64,000 bases of DNA from Octopus vulgaris (Eukaryota), in NCBI GenBank assembly GCA_951406725.2, contig OX597822.1, forward strand, positions 78,368,001 through 78,432,000, read 5' to 3'. The notes under the pieces were generated by a model that made no database searches, had not been told where the DNA came from, and worked only from the letters and a program-made list of their open reading frames with translations. A program made the translations under genes and the position numbers. Shown here one piece after another: positions 38,200 through 50,891 of this stretch (position 1 is the stretch's first letter; every line of letters begins with the position of its first letter).

Positions 38200-40070
38200 G
38201 CAAGTCCAACAAGGTAACGACCAACGAGAAGACAGTTAGGAAGAAGTGAGTGTTGGAATGTGCAGAGCATCTTTGAAATGATGAAGCTGTGCTGTCTGAA
38301 TAATTAGAATACCTTTGAGCCCCATGGAAAGTATGGCTGGATTACAAAAATGCATTTGACTCTATTCCTCAAATGTAGTCGATGGAATCACTGCATTTAG
38401 CCTGCTTTACCACCTGCATTACTCTCTGTCGTTGGAACGCTCGCAAAGACTAGGTCAATCGTCCTTATCCTTGTAACTCAAAGTTCAACGATTGTCACTG
38501 ACTCTGCATATGTTTTCAAGGAGCCAGCCTGTCTGTGTCTCTATTTATTTTGGCTCTAAATCCACTGTAATTTCTTTTACAAGAATCCAGCAATTATATT
38601 CTAGGGTCTACAACAGTAAGAGACATCAAAGCAACTCTTTTTTTTCTTTCTTTTTTTTTTTTTTTGACAATCTAAAAGATCTATACTGGAAATATTTACA
38701 ATGTTGAGAATCAGCCAGATATAATAACATTTTCAACTGACATAAGGATGGAATCTAGCCAAAGGAAATGTTCATACTTGATAGTTGAACGTGGGAAAAA
38801 CTCATTCCAGACGAAAGACATTGCCATAACTCGATTCTCACTGTCTCTCGTGTTCCACATAACGAGGGTTACTAAGACTTAGATATTGATGAAAACGGTT
38901 ACTGAAATTATTGAACACAGAAAGTGTGACCTTAGAATATTATCGCAGATTTTGACAAAAATAACATTCAGAGCTTCCTTCGTATAGTAGAAAGTATCCA
39001 ACAATTCATTTGCAATATCAGGACTGGTAACATCAACGATTAATAAACTAGACTGCAAGATCAAATGGAAGATTGCACAGAAATAATAATATTGGTTTCA
39101 AGTTTTGGCACAAGGGCAGCAATTTCGGTGGAGGAGTTAAATCGATTATATCGATCTCAGTATTCAACTGGTACTTATTTTATTGACCTCGAAAGGGTGA
39201 AAGGTCAAAGTCGACCTTGGCGGCATTTGAACCCAGAAGTAATGACTGGGTGAAATGCCACTAAGAATTTTGTCCGGCATGCTAACAATTCTGCTAGCTT
39301 GCCGCTTTACAGAAATGATATTGATAAGCTCAGAATCAGAGAGAGAGGTGGAGAGGGAGAGAAGTGGGGAGAGAGAGATGGAATGAGAAGTAGGGAGAGA
39401 GAGAAGTGGGGAGAGAGAGAGAGGCGGAGAAAGAGAGAAGTGGGGAGAGAGAGAAGTGGGGAGAGAGAAAAGTAGGAGAGAGAGAGAAGTGGGGAGAGGT
39501 AGAGAGAGAAGTGTAGAGAGTGGAGAGATAGACAGACAGAGAGAGACAGAGAGAGAGAGACAGAGGTGGAGAGAGAGGTATAGAGAGAGGGGTGGGAGAC
39601 AGAGGTGGAGAGAGCGAGGTGGGGAGAGAGAGAGAAGTGGGATAAATAAACGGGTAAGAAGTCAGTCTGGAAAAATCAAAGAGTGCCGTATAGCATCTGC
39701 TAAATGATAATAAAATCAGACGCCTTAACCAAGTGCTCAATAGTGTGGAGAGAAATATCTTACGAGTAGAGAGTGAAGGACCTAGAAATTTAATCTCCTA
39801 CATGCAAAAAAACAGACTGGAGTATTGTTTTGCGTACCAACAGAACGTTATGCATGGCTACGTTTGTGAAGAATTTGCAAAGTGTAAACAATACCGACAG
39901 GAAGTGTAACCTCTCTTGGGGACCATTACTTAACACAACATTTCCAAGATTATGCTTTTACTATCCAAGTGCAAGATATAATTATTGAGCGGTAAACACA
40001 AGGACTGCCGCAGGCAGCAACTTACACAAGAGATGTGCCATTGATGTGTAGAATATTGGGTAAGACTTTC
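38200..40070 (+). pseudogene. Highly decayed non-LTR retrotransposon reverse transcriptase (R4/Dong-like), interrupted by a SINE and a GA-rich repeat
   Basis: VWLDYKNAFDSIP (38331-38369), FQGASLSVSLFILALNPL, FDNLK(D)LY, FSTDIRME and DYAFTIQ resemble RT motifs WLDYKKAFDSVP, FQGDSLSPLLF.LALNPL, YMDDLKLY, FS.DIGM.FG and AIQDQ; many stops and shifts. Confidence 0.7.
39338..39640. repeat. Purine-rich minisatellite (GAGAGAGAAGTGGG-like units)
   Basis: Repeated AGAAGTGGGGAGAGAG units. Confidence 0.85.
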
Positions 40071-41206
40071 ACTAAAGCCTCCAGTTAACTATGCGGCTCA
40101 GATGAGCGAACGATTGAATGGTCATCGTTGAAAACGACCAGAATTCCCCCAATTTATGAATGAATGCAAGCATGATCGAGTGCTTAAGATTTCGTAATCT
40201 TAGAATCGCAGGTTCGATTCCAGTACGTGACATCTTGAGCAAGTCTCTTTTAATTATATATTTCCCAGTCAACCCAACCCTATGAGTGAGACAGTGTTGA
40301 TGAAATTCAAACCAGTGAGTTGTAGTTGTACTTAGTGCCTTACCAGATTGAACATGTTCCAATATGCTATTGTTTCGTGGGGAATCAGACTGAGAATCAT
40401 GTTACACGTGCGCGTGGCATAGTGGTTAAGACGTTGCTCTCACAAAAGCAAGATCGTTGTTTCGATTCCCGGACAGAGCGTTGCATTGTACTCTTGAGCA
40501 AAACACTCCATTTCACGTTGCTGGTGTCCCCTCAGCTGTACATGAGTAACCCTGCACCCGATTGGCGTCCCGTTGACTGTGGATTGTTGTGAGCTCGCCC
40601 ACTTATAGGCCATTGATGCCGGGTAAGCGTGGGACCTGTGAGTCCTAAGAGTCAAGACGGTACTTATTTCTTTTGCATGTATCTCGAGTCTTTTCAGTGC
40701 TCAGCCACCTACTTGTTCACTCAACGGATATTCATCGCCGAAACCAACGGAGGACCTATTTAAACCATCTCGATATGTGTGTGTAGGTTAATGTGTGTGT
40801 GTAGGTTTATGTGTGTGTGCATATATGTATGTGAGAGTATGAGTGTGTGTGTGTGTGTATGTGTGTATGTGTGTGTGTGTGCAAATGTAAATATGTTATT
40901 CATTTTCTCTTACAGGATTTAGTCTGTGGACTACGGCCATGCTGGAGCACTGTCTTCAAAGGTTGAAACTGAATGAATTGACTTTAGGATTTTTGCCATT
41001 CCTATAAAAGACGAAATGGCTAAGTCCACCTTGGTTTGATGAGATATAGGTCGCAAAAAATTATGAAATATTCTTTGTCCACCGCATCTACATTTATTTG
41101 TCCGTCTCTCGCTTATACGCAAAGTCGCGCGCGCGCACACATACACACATATAGAAACATGTTTATACACATGTGTTGTATGTGATGTATATACATATCT
41201 ATATAC

Positions 41207-41254
<48 letters not shown>

Positions 41255-41342
41255 CACACACACACGTGTACATAAACACACAGATACATACATGCATGCA
41301 TTCATATATATGTATCGTGTGTGTGTGTGTATTTATATATGT

Positions 41343-41381
<39 letters not shown>

Positions 41382-41690
41382 CACTCACAAATGTGTGTGT
41401 GTGTGAGTGTATGTACGTATGTATGTATGTGTATTTATATATATATATATATATATGATGGGCTGCGAAGGCGTTAAGCTATGTAAGAGGAGTGTCAATT
41501 ATGATGTAATTTCGCGGATGGCATCGGATTTCCTCAATTAACTTGAAACCACCAATCTGTTCTGATTTTAAAACAAATTTTCTACGCTTAAATAATTATT
41601 TACTTTTCAGCTTATACGGTTGTACATTAAGCTATCTCTCTGTCCCTATCTCGCTCTCTCTCTCTCTCGCTCTCTCTCTCTCTTTCTTTG

Positions 41691-41797
<107 letters not shown>

Positions 41798-41893
41798 TAA
41801 ATAGACTTGTTCGGTTAGGCCAGAAACAATGTGAGTAGGTATAAAGTAAACAACACCTACAAAAATATAACCAACGTCGGAGATTTAACTTAT

Positions 41894-41933
41894 ATTTCTA
41901 TATTTCGGGGCTATGACCCCTTCTTCAGGACAC
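41894..41933 (-). ncRNA. Degenerate minimal hammerhead motif (Penelope-type)
   Basis: Minus: GTGTC-CTGAAGA-A-GGGG-TCATAG-CCCC-GAAA-TATA-GAAAT; core intact, stem II perfect, stem I weak. Confidence 0.5.
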
Positions 41934-43391
41934 TTGGAAAAGCGAGGAATGGGAAAAGGTCGTTGCTCAGAAGTGTGAGGGAGGAAGGTGACATGCGCAC
42001 ACCGGTGTTGCTATAGTAGTTCCTTTTTGTTATTTATAACTGGTCACTGATGAGAAAAATGCCCTCCATGATTCTGAGATTTACTCTATTGCATTGAACG
42101 GCTCTGATGAATACTTTGAAATCCTAGGCCTGGCACTTCTTAAGGTGTTTTTTAATCGAAGTATCTGGGTGCATATACTCTCTCACCACCATCACCTCAA
42201 CCACCACAATTATCACTACCATCATCACCATCACCACCAATATCACCACCACCATTATATTTAATATATTTGTTGAGTGTGGCCAGAGAATGATCACGAA
42301 AAATAATGAATATTTCATCAGCTGCAACACATTCAGCTCTTCGGTCGTAGTTTTCTGTTTGTTTTCATTTTCTCATTTATACAATGGAAAGGAAAGAAAG
42401 AACCATTTTGAGGATATGATTAGGGCAACAGTCAGCAGTAATCCAGCCTTGACTATCCTACACAAATACAGGTATATCAAATACCATACAACATAGATTT
42501 TTAATTTATTATAATCATCTGTGTCTCTAGAGGATGTATCATAAATACCAAGGGACAACTAACACTAGTTCCATGTGAGAAGGAGAGATAACCTAAATAT
42601 TTTGGAATTCACCAAAGTTGGCATGCACAGGCGTTATTGTGTGGTAAGAAGCTTGCCTCCCGACCGCATGGTCCCGGGTTCCGTCCCACTGCGTAGCACC
42701 TTGGGCAAGTGTCTTCAACTATAGCATCGGGCCAACCAGAACATAATGAGTGGATTTGGTAGACGGAAACTGAAAGAAGCCCGTCGTATATAAACATGTG
42801 TGTGTGTCTCTTTGTGACTGTGTTTGTCCCCTGCTACCGTTTGAATCGATTTATCTGACTAAAAGGTGGTGCTCCAGCATAGCCGCAGTCAAATGACTGA
42901 AGCAAATTAAAGAAATAACAGAAATAAAAGACATACATGGATGGCTGGCCTGCTGGATAAGGAGTGTTCGTTTGCTTCCAGGCGACAACAGAGCAAAGAA
43001 CTTATAGAAGCCTGTTATTCTAAGGACTTCCGTTATTTGATTGTTTACATAAATGAGTCAGCGTCCATTAAACCCACTGATCTACGTATTACATGGGAAC
43101 GGAGTGTCTCATTGCATCCCGTATGATTTATCGCCGCATGGAGTCTTCGGTGAGACAGCGGCTTCATAAACACTGGAAAAGTAGATAGGTCGGGAGCGGG
43201 GGTAGGTGGGACTCTGAGAGAAAGAGAGAGACTGTGTGTGTGTGTAACTTTAACATTTCCACTATGAGCTTCCGTGTATATATGTGTGTGCGTGTATGTG
43301 TGTGTGTGCGTGTATGTGTGTGTGCGCGTGTATGTGTGTGTATGAGAAAGGAAGAAAGATAACGTGTGTAAATATATATTTATATCTATCC

Positions 43392-43428
<37 letters not shown>

Positions 43429-43436
43429 ATTATGTA

Positions 43437-43473
<37 letters not shown>

Positions 43474-43714
43474 ATGTATGTATGTATGTATGTGTGTATG
43501 TATGTATTCTTTTACTCTTGTTTCAGTCGTTTGACTGAGGCCATCCTGGGGCACCGCCTTGAAAGGTTTTAGCCGAAAGGGCTTTAAGCGTAGTATTTAT
43601 TATATTGTCTCTTTTGCCGAGCCGCTAAATTACGAGGCGTAAACACACCAACACCGGTTGTCAAGCAATGATGGGGTGAGAACAAACACATGCGTGTATA
43701 TATATATATATATA

Positions 43715-44308
43715 CCATTCATAGTGACACACAACCCATGTCACCAGAATATCTTCAACATTGCCAAAGTAAACCTACCAATCATTGCCCAAAGTAATGA
43801 ATTAAAAGACATAATCAAGGATCGAGCTATGGTGCTTAGTAAAAGACAGCCTAAAAACTTGAAAACATTACTAACAAAGGCAAAATTTGACCTCAGCAAC
43901 AAAGACCAAACATTCACGGTATCTAAATGCAATGATAGCCGATGTGGCACATGCCAATTCATACATACCGGTCAATATATAAACACAAAAACCGGGAAAA
44001 TATTCACAAACGCGAATATGAACTGCAAAAGCAGAAATTTAATTTACTGCATCAAATGCCCAAATTGTGAAGAAATATATGTAGGTCAGACGGGAAACGC
44101 ACTATTAGAACGCTCACGTGTACACCGGCAACAGATTAGAGACCCAGAGGTCCGTCAGATACCTTTGAGTAACCACCTAGCAACATGTGGTCGGAAAATA
44201 TATATAATATTTCCATTCTACAAATTACACAGCCCAAGTGAAATCGAGAGGAAAATCAGAGAAAAGAATTTTATTGATAAATTCGAACCCAAGCTAAATA
44301 AGCAATAA
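43715..44308 (+). CDS. GIY-YIG endonuclease C-terminus of a 5'-truncated Penelope-like element (Neptune-type); open 197 codons, no native start
   Basis: PFIVTHNP..KRQPKNLKTLL..KCNDSRCGTC (Cys linker)..NLIYCIKCPNCEEIYVGQT..ERSRVH..LSNH..REKNFIDKFEPKLN*: GIY-YIG with CCHH. The N-terminus in the ORF track is SINE/(TA)n read-through. Confidence 0.9.
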   Translation, partial: PFIVTHNPCHQNIFNIAKVNLPIIAQSNELKDIIKDRAMVLSKRQPKNLKTLLTKAKFDLSNKDQTFTVSKCNDSRCGTCQFIHTGQYINTKTGKIFTNANMNCKSRNLIYCIKCPNCEEIYVGQTGNALLERSRVHRQQIRDPEVRQIPLSNHLATCGRKIYIIFPFYKLHSPSEIERKIREKNFIDKFEPKLNKQ

Positions 44309-44799
44309 TAATAATACTTAGCGGTATTACTTCCACTGCTACGACCATGACCACTAAAAACAACAACAATACTAAAGGTGATCAAGACGAAGATAGCAGG
44401 AAAATTATCTTATTTAGGGTTAAAAGTTCTATTGCCACCACCATCACCACTAGCAACAATAATTAAGGTGCTGACAATGATGATGATGACAATTGAAATA
44501 TAAAAATATAAAAATCTCTGACAAAGGATATTTACATTTCTAAAAATAACCCAACAATTGCTGCTTCGGCCAGGGTCAAGATACAGGACTCTTGACCTGT
44601 CCAACAAAGCGTGATGCCTAAACCAATCAGCTCAACCAACCAATCAGCTAAAGTAATTGAGTGATACTACACACTGATTGGTCAGAATACAGTTTGCAAA
44701 ACCTAGCACTCTGGAGCCTACCCAGCTGTATTTATAGCACAGAATCACTCATCTTGCTACAGTCAAAAATTGTGAAGCATGACTGTCAACACTACTACA

Positions 44800-44844
44800 T
44801 GAACCCGAAGATTGCAGAATTCAATGCATGAAAGTACTAGTTCA
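44800..44844 (+). ncRNA. Type I hammerhead-like motif with U4C core in the Penelope pLTR
   Basis: TGAAC-CCGAAGA-TTGCAGAATTCAATGCAT-GAAA-GTAC-TA-GTTCA: stem I TGAAC/GTTCA, stem II TGCA/TGCA, palindromic AGTACT stem III. Confidence 0.6.
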
Positions 44845-45006
44845 ATCAGAATGAATATTTAACATTCTACTATTTCATTTTATTTTATTCAATTATAATA
44901 TATTATCTTATAATATATCATTATAAGATTGTAAATAAAACGTGAAAATCAGACAAGGTTGGAATTCTTTTTATTAATATATTCTTCTATACACAATCAC
45001 ACACAC

Positions 45007-45056
<50 letters not shown>

Positions 45057-45060
<4 letters not shown>

Positions 45061-45553
45061 ATAATTCTCTAAATGAGATATAGACAGTGACTGCTCCATA
45101 ATATAAGGGATATTAGCCAACTGAATATGGCTAGGGACAGGGCAGGGTGGTGGGGGTGTCACTGTGTCCCTAGCCATATTCAGTTGGCTAATATCCTTTA
45201 TATTATGGAGCAGTCACTGTCTATATCTCATTTAGAGAATTATTATTGCTGTCGAACAGATTTTCGAAATCAGTAAATGTATTTACTTGAAAATCCTTAT
45301 ATATATCTTGCACAGTTGGTCGTTCATCGAGAAGCGATGCCTGCCACACGTTGATAATAGGCAATACACCTTGAAACCTAGGTCCGTGTGTGGTATCCGC
45401 TTCTTGGTGAATGATCTCCCTTTGCAAGATAGAGGACGCCGTGATGGCGTCGGCCTATCTGGTGACGTTGATGTTCGCCTGGGGCTAAATGCAACAGTGA
45501 CACCCCCACCACCCTGCCCTGTCCCTAGCCATATTCAGTTGGCTAATATCCCT

Positions 45554-45558
<5 letters not shown>
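45057..45558. mobile_element. Unclassified element with 83-bp fold-back and terminal direct repeat (355-bp period), flanked by (TA)n
   Basis: 45057-45139 is the reverse complement of 45165-45247 (1 mismatch); 45494-45558 is the reverse complement of 45101-45165; 45520-45558 directly repeats 45165-45203. Confidence 0.75.
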
Positions 45559-45640
<82 letters not shown>

Positions 45641-45800
45641 TGTATGTATGTATGTATGTATATGTGTGTGTATGTGTGTGTGTATGTAAGAAATATTTGA
45701 GATTCAGTTGAATTGGGTACTTAGTGCGGTATTATCCGTACAACTTAAAGTAAGGATAAAATCAAAATAATCAACAGGATATCAATAATAATAATAATAA

Positions 45801-46200
45801 TTACTCTTTTACTTGTTTCAGTCATTTTCACTGCGGCCATGCTGGAGCACCGCCTTTTAATCGAGCAACTCGACCCCGGGACTTATTCTGTTGTAAGCCC
45901 AGTACTTATTCTATCGGTCTCTTTTGCCGAACCGCTAAGAAACGGGGGCATAAATACACCAGCATCGGTTGTCAAGCAATGCTAGGGGGACAAACACAGA
46001 CACACAAACACACACACGCATATATATATATATACATATATACGACGGGCTTCTTTTCAGTTTCCGTCTACCAAATTCACTCACAAGGCTTTGGTCGGCC
46101 CGAGGCTATAGTAGAAGACATTTGCCCAAGGTGCCACGCAGTGGGACTGAACCCGGAACCATGTGGTTGGTAAGCAAGCTACTTACCACACAGCCACTCC
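45801..46200 (-). mobile_element. Full-length young SINE family B inserted in (AAT)n
   Basis: Complete head (..CTTACCACACAGCCACTCC), body and tail (ACTCTTTTACTTGTTTCAGTCATT); (AAT)n on both flanks. Confidence 0.9.
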
Positions 46201-46248
<48 letters not shown>

Positions 46249-46799
46249 TGGAAACATTCCCAAGAAGTTATTAAAACTAAAGATCGTTCTGAAATAATTA
46301 AAACAGGATCATTAACTAATGATTAGCTGACACTAAATTCCTTATAGCTATGCATTCTTTAGTTATTAATTATTAATTAGAATATTATTCATTTTAATTA
46401 AGAGTTAATGTTTAAATACCACCTTAATTATCTGAATGACACACAGACAGACGAGATATACGACATTGTAGAAGAATCGAAGATTGTGATTTCACGGGAG
46501 CTTAAGAGGATACGTTTCACATTCACGTGGGTCTAGTTTCGATCTCAGCGCGCGGCAACGTGGACAAGACATGGTTCCTGATATAATCTCGGACTGACCA
46601 AAGTTTTGTGAATGGAATATTGTGGATGACGGAATCTGTTGAGGTGGTTCGCTGGATGTGGGTATGATAGAATCCCTCAGACACTAAAGGCCAATTCTTT
46701 TAACTTGGTCAACGTAGAAAAGATACGAACCGAAAAAATTCATGTCTTGGGAATTATTTTTAAAAAAACAATTAAGTTTAGGCAGCTGTTACATAAACT

Positions 46800-47182
46800 T
46801 TTCTACTCAAGGCACAAGGCCCGAAATTTTGGGGGAGGGAGCCAGCTGATTAGATGGACCCTAATACGCAACTGGTACTTAATTTATCGACCCCGGAAAG
46901 ATGAAAGGCAAAGTCGACATCGGCGGAATTTGAACTCAGAACATAAAGACAGACGAAATACCTATTTCTTTACTATCCGCAAGGAGCTAAACACAGAAGG
47001 GACAAACAAGGACAGACAAACGGATTAAGTCGATTATTTTGACCCCAGTGCGTAACTGGTACTTATTTAATCGACCCCGAAAGGATGAAAGGCAAAGTCG
47101 ACCTCGGCGGAATTTGAATTCAGAACGTAACGGCAGACGAAATACCGCTAAGCGTTTCGCCCGGTGTGCTAACGTTTCTGCC
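46800..47182 (-). mobile_element. Dimeric SINE family A, slightly 5' truncated
   Basis: Two Nin-like units; head stops at AACGTTTCTGCC. Confidence 0.85.
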
Positions 47183-47207
47183 TACATAATAACAACAGTT
47201 GGTGAGT

Positions 47208-47467
47208 ATCTAGAGACAAGAAGTTATTCTGGTTGAAAAATTGAACAAAAGATACCAAATTTGTCACCTTGTCTTCCTTCTTTTGACTCCACCGTTACAC
47301 ATCCTTAATCTTACAGTAAGAACTAAAATCTTAACAGAACACATGAATTCACTTACTAAAAAGCCTGTTTTCTTGTGTAGCGGTGGAGTCAAAAGAAGGA
47401 AGACAAGGTGACAAATTTGGTATCTTTTGTTCAATTTTTCAACCAGAATAACTTCTTGTCTCTAGAT
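47208..47467. repeat. 94-bp near-perfect inverted repeat, 72-nt spacer
   Basis: 47208-47301 vs 47374-47467 are complementary except at one position (a G.T pair). Confidence 0.9.
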
Positions 47468-47858
47468 TGAAACTGTATAAAATTATATCTATTCTTAAAA
47501 TACACCTGAGGGCGAGTATAGAAATGTAAAAGTATAACATTTAAAATAACTCTAAATATCTATTTCCATCAACTGAAAATGGCTCAAAATGGAAATTACC
47601 ACTTTGGGGTAGTTCAGAGCCATGGAAATCAATGTGCAACAATTGGAAAAATTTTTCAAACCTGAAAATCCTTGGACATTGACCTCTTGACTATATAACA
47701 ATAATAATGGGGTTGGCAAATGGATCTTCATACTTTCATAATACCCTTAAAAGGGGGTCGAAAAGAAGAAAAATTCTACTTATCTCATATTAATAGTTGA
47801 TGGGGCAACCGTAAAAGTTTTCTTAGACTATATTTAGACAGACAGACAGTTAGACAGT

Positions 47859-47932
<74 letters not shown>

Positions 47933-48118
47933 TGTTTCTTTATTAACCACACAGGGCTGCACACAGACAGGACAAAATTACAAGGTAGAGCTTTTCTTTT
48001 GGGTGTAAAACAAAGGGGTTTGGTTTTCGATCAAAAGGGATCGTAAATGGAAAGAAGGAGGACAAAATAAGGGGGGGATATAATTTTTAAAAAAAGGTGG
48101 GGGGAAGGAAAAAAAAGT

Positions 48119-48158
<40 letters not shown>

Positions 48159-49255
48159 TGTGTTGGTAGTCGATCCAGATTAATTAAACTTGGAATCAAC
48201 AACCTTGCAAGAATGACTTTTACCGATTTTTTTCTTTATTTTTAAATATGATTTGAGGGAAATGTGACTGCTGTTTCTAGTCGTACATGCGATCACATAA
48301 TAGCACCCCCCTCGTTGACTTGAATACTGTTTTATTGAAAGGAGAAATACTTGAATGCTTACTCAATGACTTTTGGGGTGGGCGTTTTATTGTTAGCACT
48401 AATAAAATACGTGATAGCGACATTGAGCATAGCTGGAGGCTAGATAAAGTGTGGTAGAAGTGGGAGGAGAAGATGGTGTAGAGAAGAGAAATAATGTTGA
48501 TAGAGATGAATAAGAGAGGATGAAAGAGAACGAAGGAGGGAGAGGAAGCAAGTTGCATCTACTCTCTGGTGTCTTATCGGATTTCGATGACAGTGTGTAA
48601 TGGATGTGAAGAGAATGTGATGCCGTCATCGTCGTTTTTGATGCTGTTTGTGAAGACGCTTGGCTTAGTGGTTAAGAGTATTCGCATGATGATCCTAAGG
48701 TTCTGAGTTCGATCCTTGGTGGCGCGTTGTGTCCTTTAGCAAGACACTTGATTTCACGTTGCTCCACTTCACTCAACTAGCAAAAATGAGTTGTACATGT
48801 ATTTCAAGGGGCCAGCCTTGTCACACTCTGTGTCACGCAGAATCTCTCTGAGAACTACGTTAAGGGAAAGCATGTCTGTGGAGTACTCAGCCTCTTGCAC
48901 ATTAATTCCATGAACAGGTTGTTCCGTTGATCGGGTCAACTGGAATCGTCGTCGTCGTAACCGATGAAGTGCCAATGCCAACCCGAAATCAGCTTTACTC
49001 AAGCAGATCTATCTTTAAAAGCGTTCCATCCGTGACAATACCGTTATCTTTCTTTTCTTTACTTTTTCTTTTGTTTTTTGCTTTTTTTCCAAAGCGGCGC
49101 GGGCGTGGCTGTGTGGTAAGAAGTTTATTTCCTAAGCACAAGGTTCTGGGTTCAGTCCCACTGCGTGGCACCTTGAGCAAGTGTCTTCTACTGTAGCCCC
49201 AGGCCATCAAAAGCCTTGTTAGTGGATTCGGCGGGCAGAAACTGAAAGAGACCCG

Positions 49256-49322
<67 letters not shown>

Positions 49323-49565
49323 CCTGCATGTGTGTGTGTGGGTGTGCTCCTGCATGTGTGTGTGTGCGTGTGTGTCTTTGTGTTTATATCTGCCACCATT
49401 CCATAGCTTGACAACCGGCTTTGGTTTGTTTATGTCCTGCAATATTAAGGGTTCGCCATTACATCCTGCATGTTCTCTCCTTAGGCAGTGGTTTTCAATT
49501 TGGGTCCGTATGACTCTTGGGGTCCACAAGATTTTGGTTTTAAAATTTATGAGCAATAAATTTAT

Positions 49566-49945
49566 GCGCCGGAGTGGCTGTGTGGTAAGTAGCTTTCTTC
49601 CCAACCACATGGTTCCGGGTTCAGTCCCACTGCGTGGCACATTGGGCAAGTGTCTTCTACTATAACATCGGGCCGACCAAAGCCTTGAGTGAATTTGGTA
49701 GACGGAAACTGAAAGAAGCCCGTTGTGTACATTTATATGTGTATGTATGTGTGTGTATGTCTGTGTTTGTCACTTGACAACCGATGTTGGTGTGTTTACG
49801 TCCCCGTAACTTGGCGGTTTGGCAAAAGAGACTGTTAGAATAAGTACTAGGCTTATAAAGAATAAGTCCTGGGGTCGATGTGTTCGACTAAAGGCGGTGC
49901 TCCAGCATGGCCGCAGTCAAATGACTGAAACGAATAAAAGAATAA
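49566..49945 (+). mobile_element. Full-length SINE family B (another copy at ~49098-49440)
   Basis: GCGCCGGAGTGGCTGTGTGGTAAG...CCAGCATGGCCGCAGTCAAATGACTGAAACGAATAAAAG. Confidence 0.9.
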
Positions 49946-50843
49946 ATTGGTTATAAGCGAGTTGTAATTCGCTGGAAGCATTGTAGTACCAAAGAAAGAA
50001 AAGAAAAGGAGTAATAAGAAAGCTTCTAATAATCCTTTCTACTAATGACACAAGGCCTTAAAATTTGGGGGAGGAGTAAGTTGATTACATCGACCCTAGG
50101 GCTCAACTGGTACTTATTTCCTCGACCCCGAAAAGGATGAAAGACAAAGTCGACCCCGGCAGAATTTGAACTCAGAACGTAAAGACGGACGAAATGCCGC
50201 TAAGCATTTTGTCCGGTGTGCTAACGATTCTACCAGCTGCCTAAAGAAGGCTTCTAATAATGGTTTCAAATTTTTGCCGCAAGGCCAGCTTTGGGGAGGG
50301 GATTAAGTTGATTTTATCGACCCCAGTGCGTAACTGGTACTTATTTCATTGACCCCCAAAAAGGATGAAAGGCAAAGTCGACCTCGCTGGAATTTGTATG
50401 TATGTATGTATTCGTGTGCCTGTGTTTGTCCCCTACCATCACTTGACAACCGATTTTGGTGTGTTTATGTCCCCGTAGCTTAGTGGTTCAGCAAAGTGTC
50501 CGATAGAATAAGTACTAGGCTTACAAAGAATAAGTCTTGCTGTCAGTTTGTTTGACTAAATGTAGTGCTCCGGCGTGGCCGCAGTCAAATGACTGAAACA
50601 AGTAAAAGAATAGGTTCAAGGAATGGTTGTATGATTAATGAAGCTCGCTTCATAACCACGTCACGAATGGTTGAGGATTTGACTGCTATTTTTAGCAGGA
50701 AAGAGTGACAGCAATGAAGTCTGTCGAGTTAAGACGAAGTGGGAGGGGAAAGAAGTCAAAAAGAGAGAGGGGGTTGCTTGGGGAGGGCAGAGGTGGTTGC
50801 TACTTCGGAGCTTTATCGGGTGTTTGATAATGAAGCGTCAGCC

Positions 50844-50891
50844 AAAGGTTGGGTCACACGCAAAGGTCGCCATCTTGGACATATGACCTTT
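50844..50891. promoter_or_regulatory. Candidate regulatory cluster: YY1 site between inverted nuclear-receptor half-sites
   Basis: AAAGGTTGGGTCA, then AAAGGTC-GCCATCTTG-GACATAT-GACCTTT in unique sequence. Confidence 0.3.

Larger units (their letters stand above)
43713..45009 (+). mobile_element. 5'-truncated Penelope-like element inserted in (TA)n
   Basis: EN ORF followed by a ~700-bp 3' region with CCAAT boxes (44621-44650, 44674-44681), TATA-like TATTTATAG (44729-44737) and a hammerhead-like motif; (TA)n on both sides. Confidence 0.8.

Noticed and set aside
42040-42130. Two CTGATGA heptamers
   Set aside because: No stem II/GAAA/stem I arrangement; expected by chance.
43658-43714. N-terminus [19 protein letters not shown] of the 216-aa ORF
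   Set aside because: TTG start inside a SINE tail plus (TA)n; chance in-frame fusion to the truncated PLE ORF.
45452-45530. Possible hammerhead CTGGTGA...GACA...GTC in the 355-bp unit
   Set aside because: Two core substitutions and no convincing stem I.
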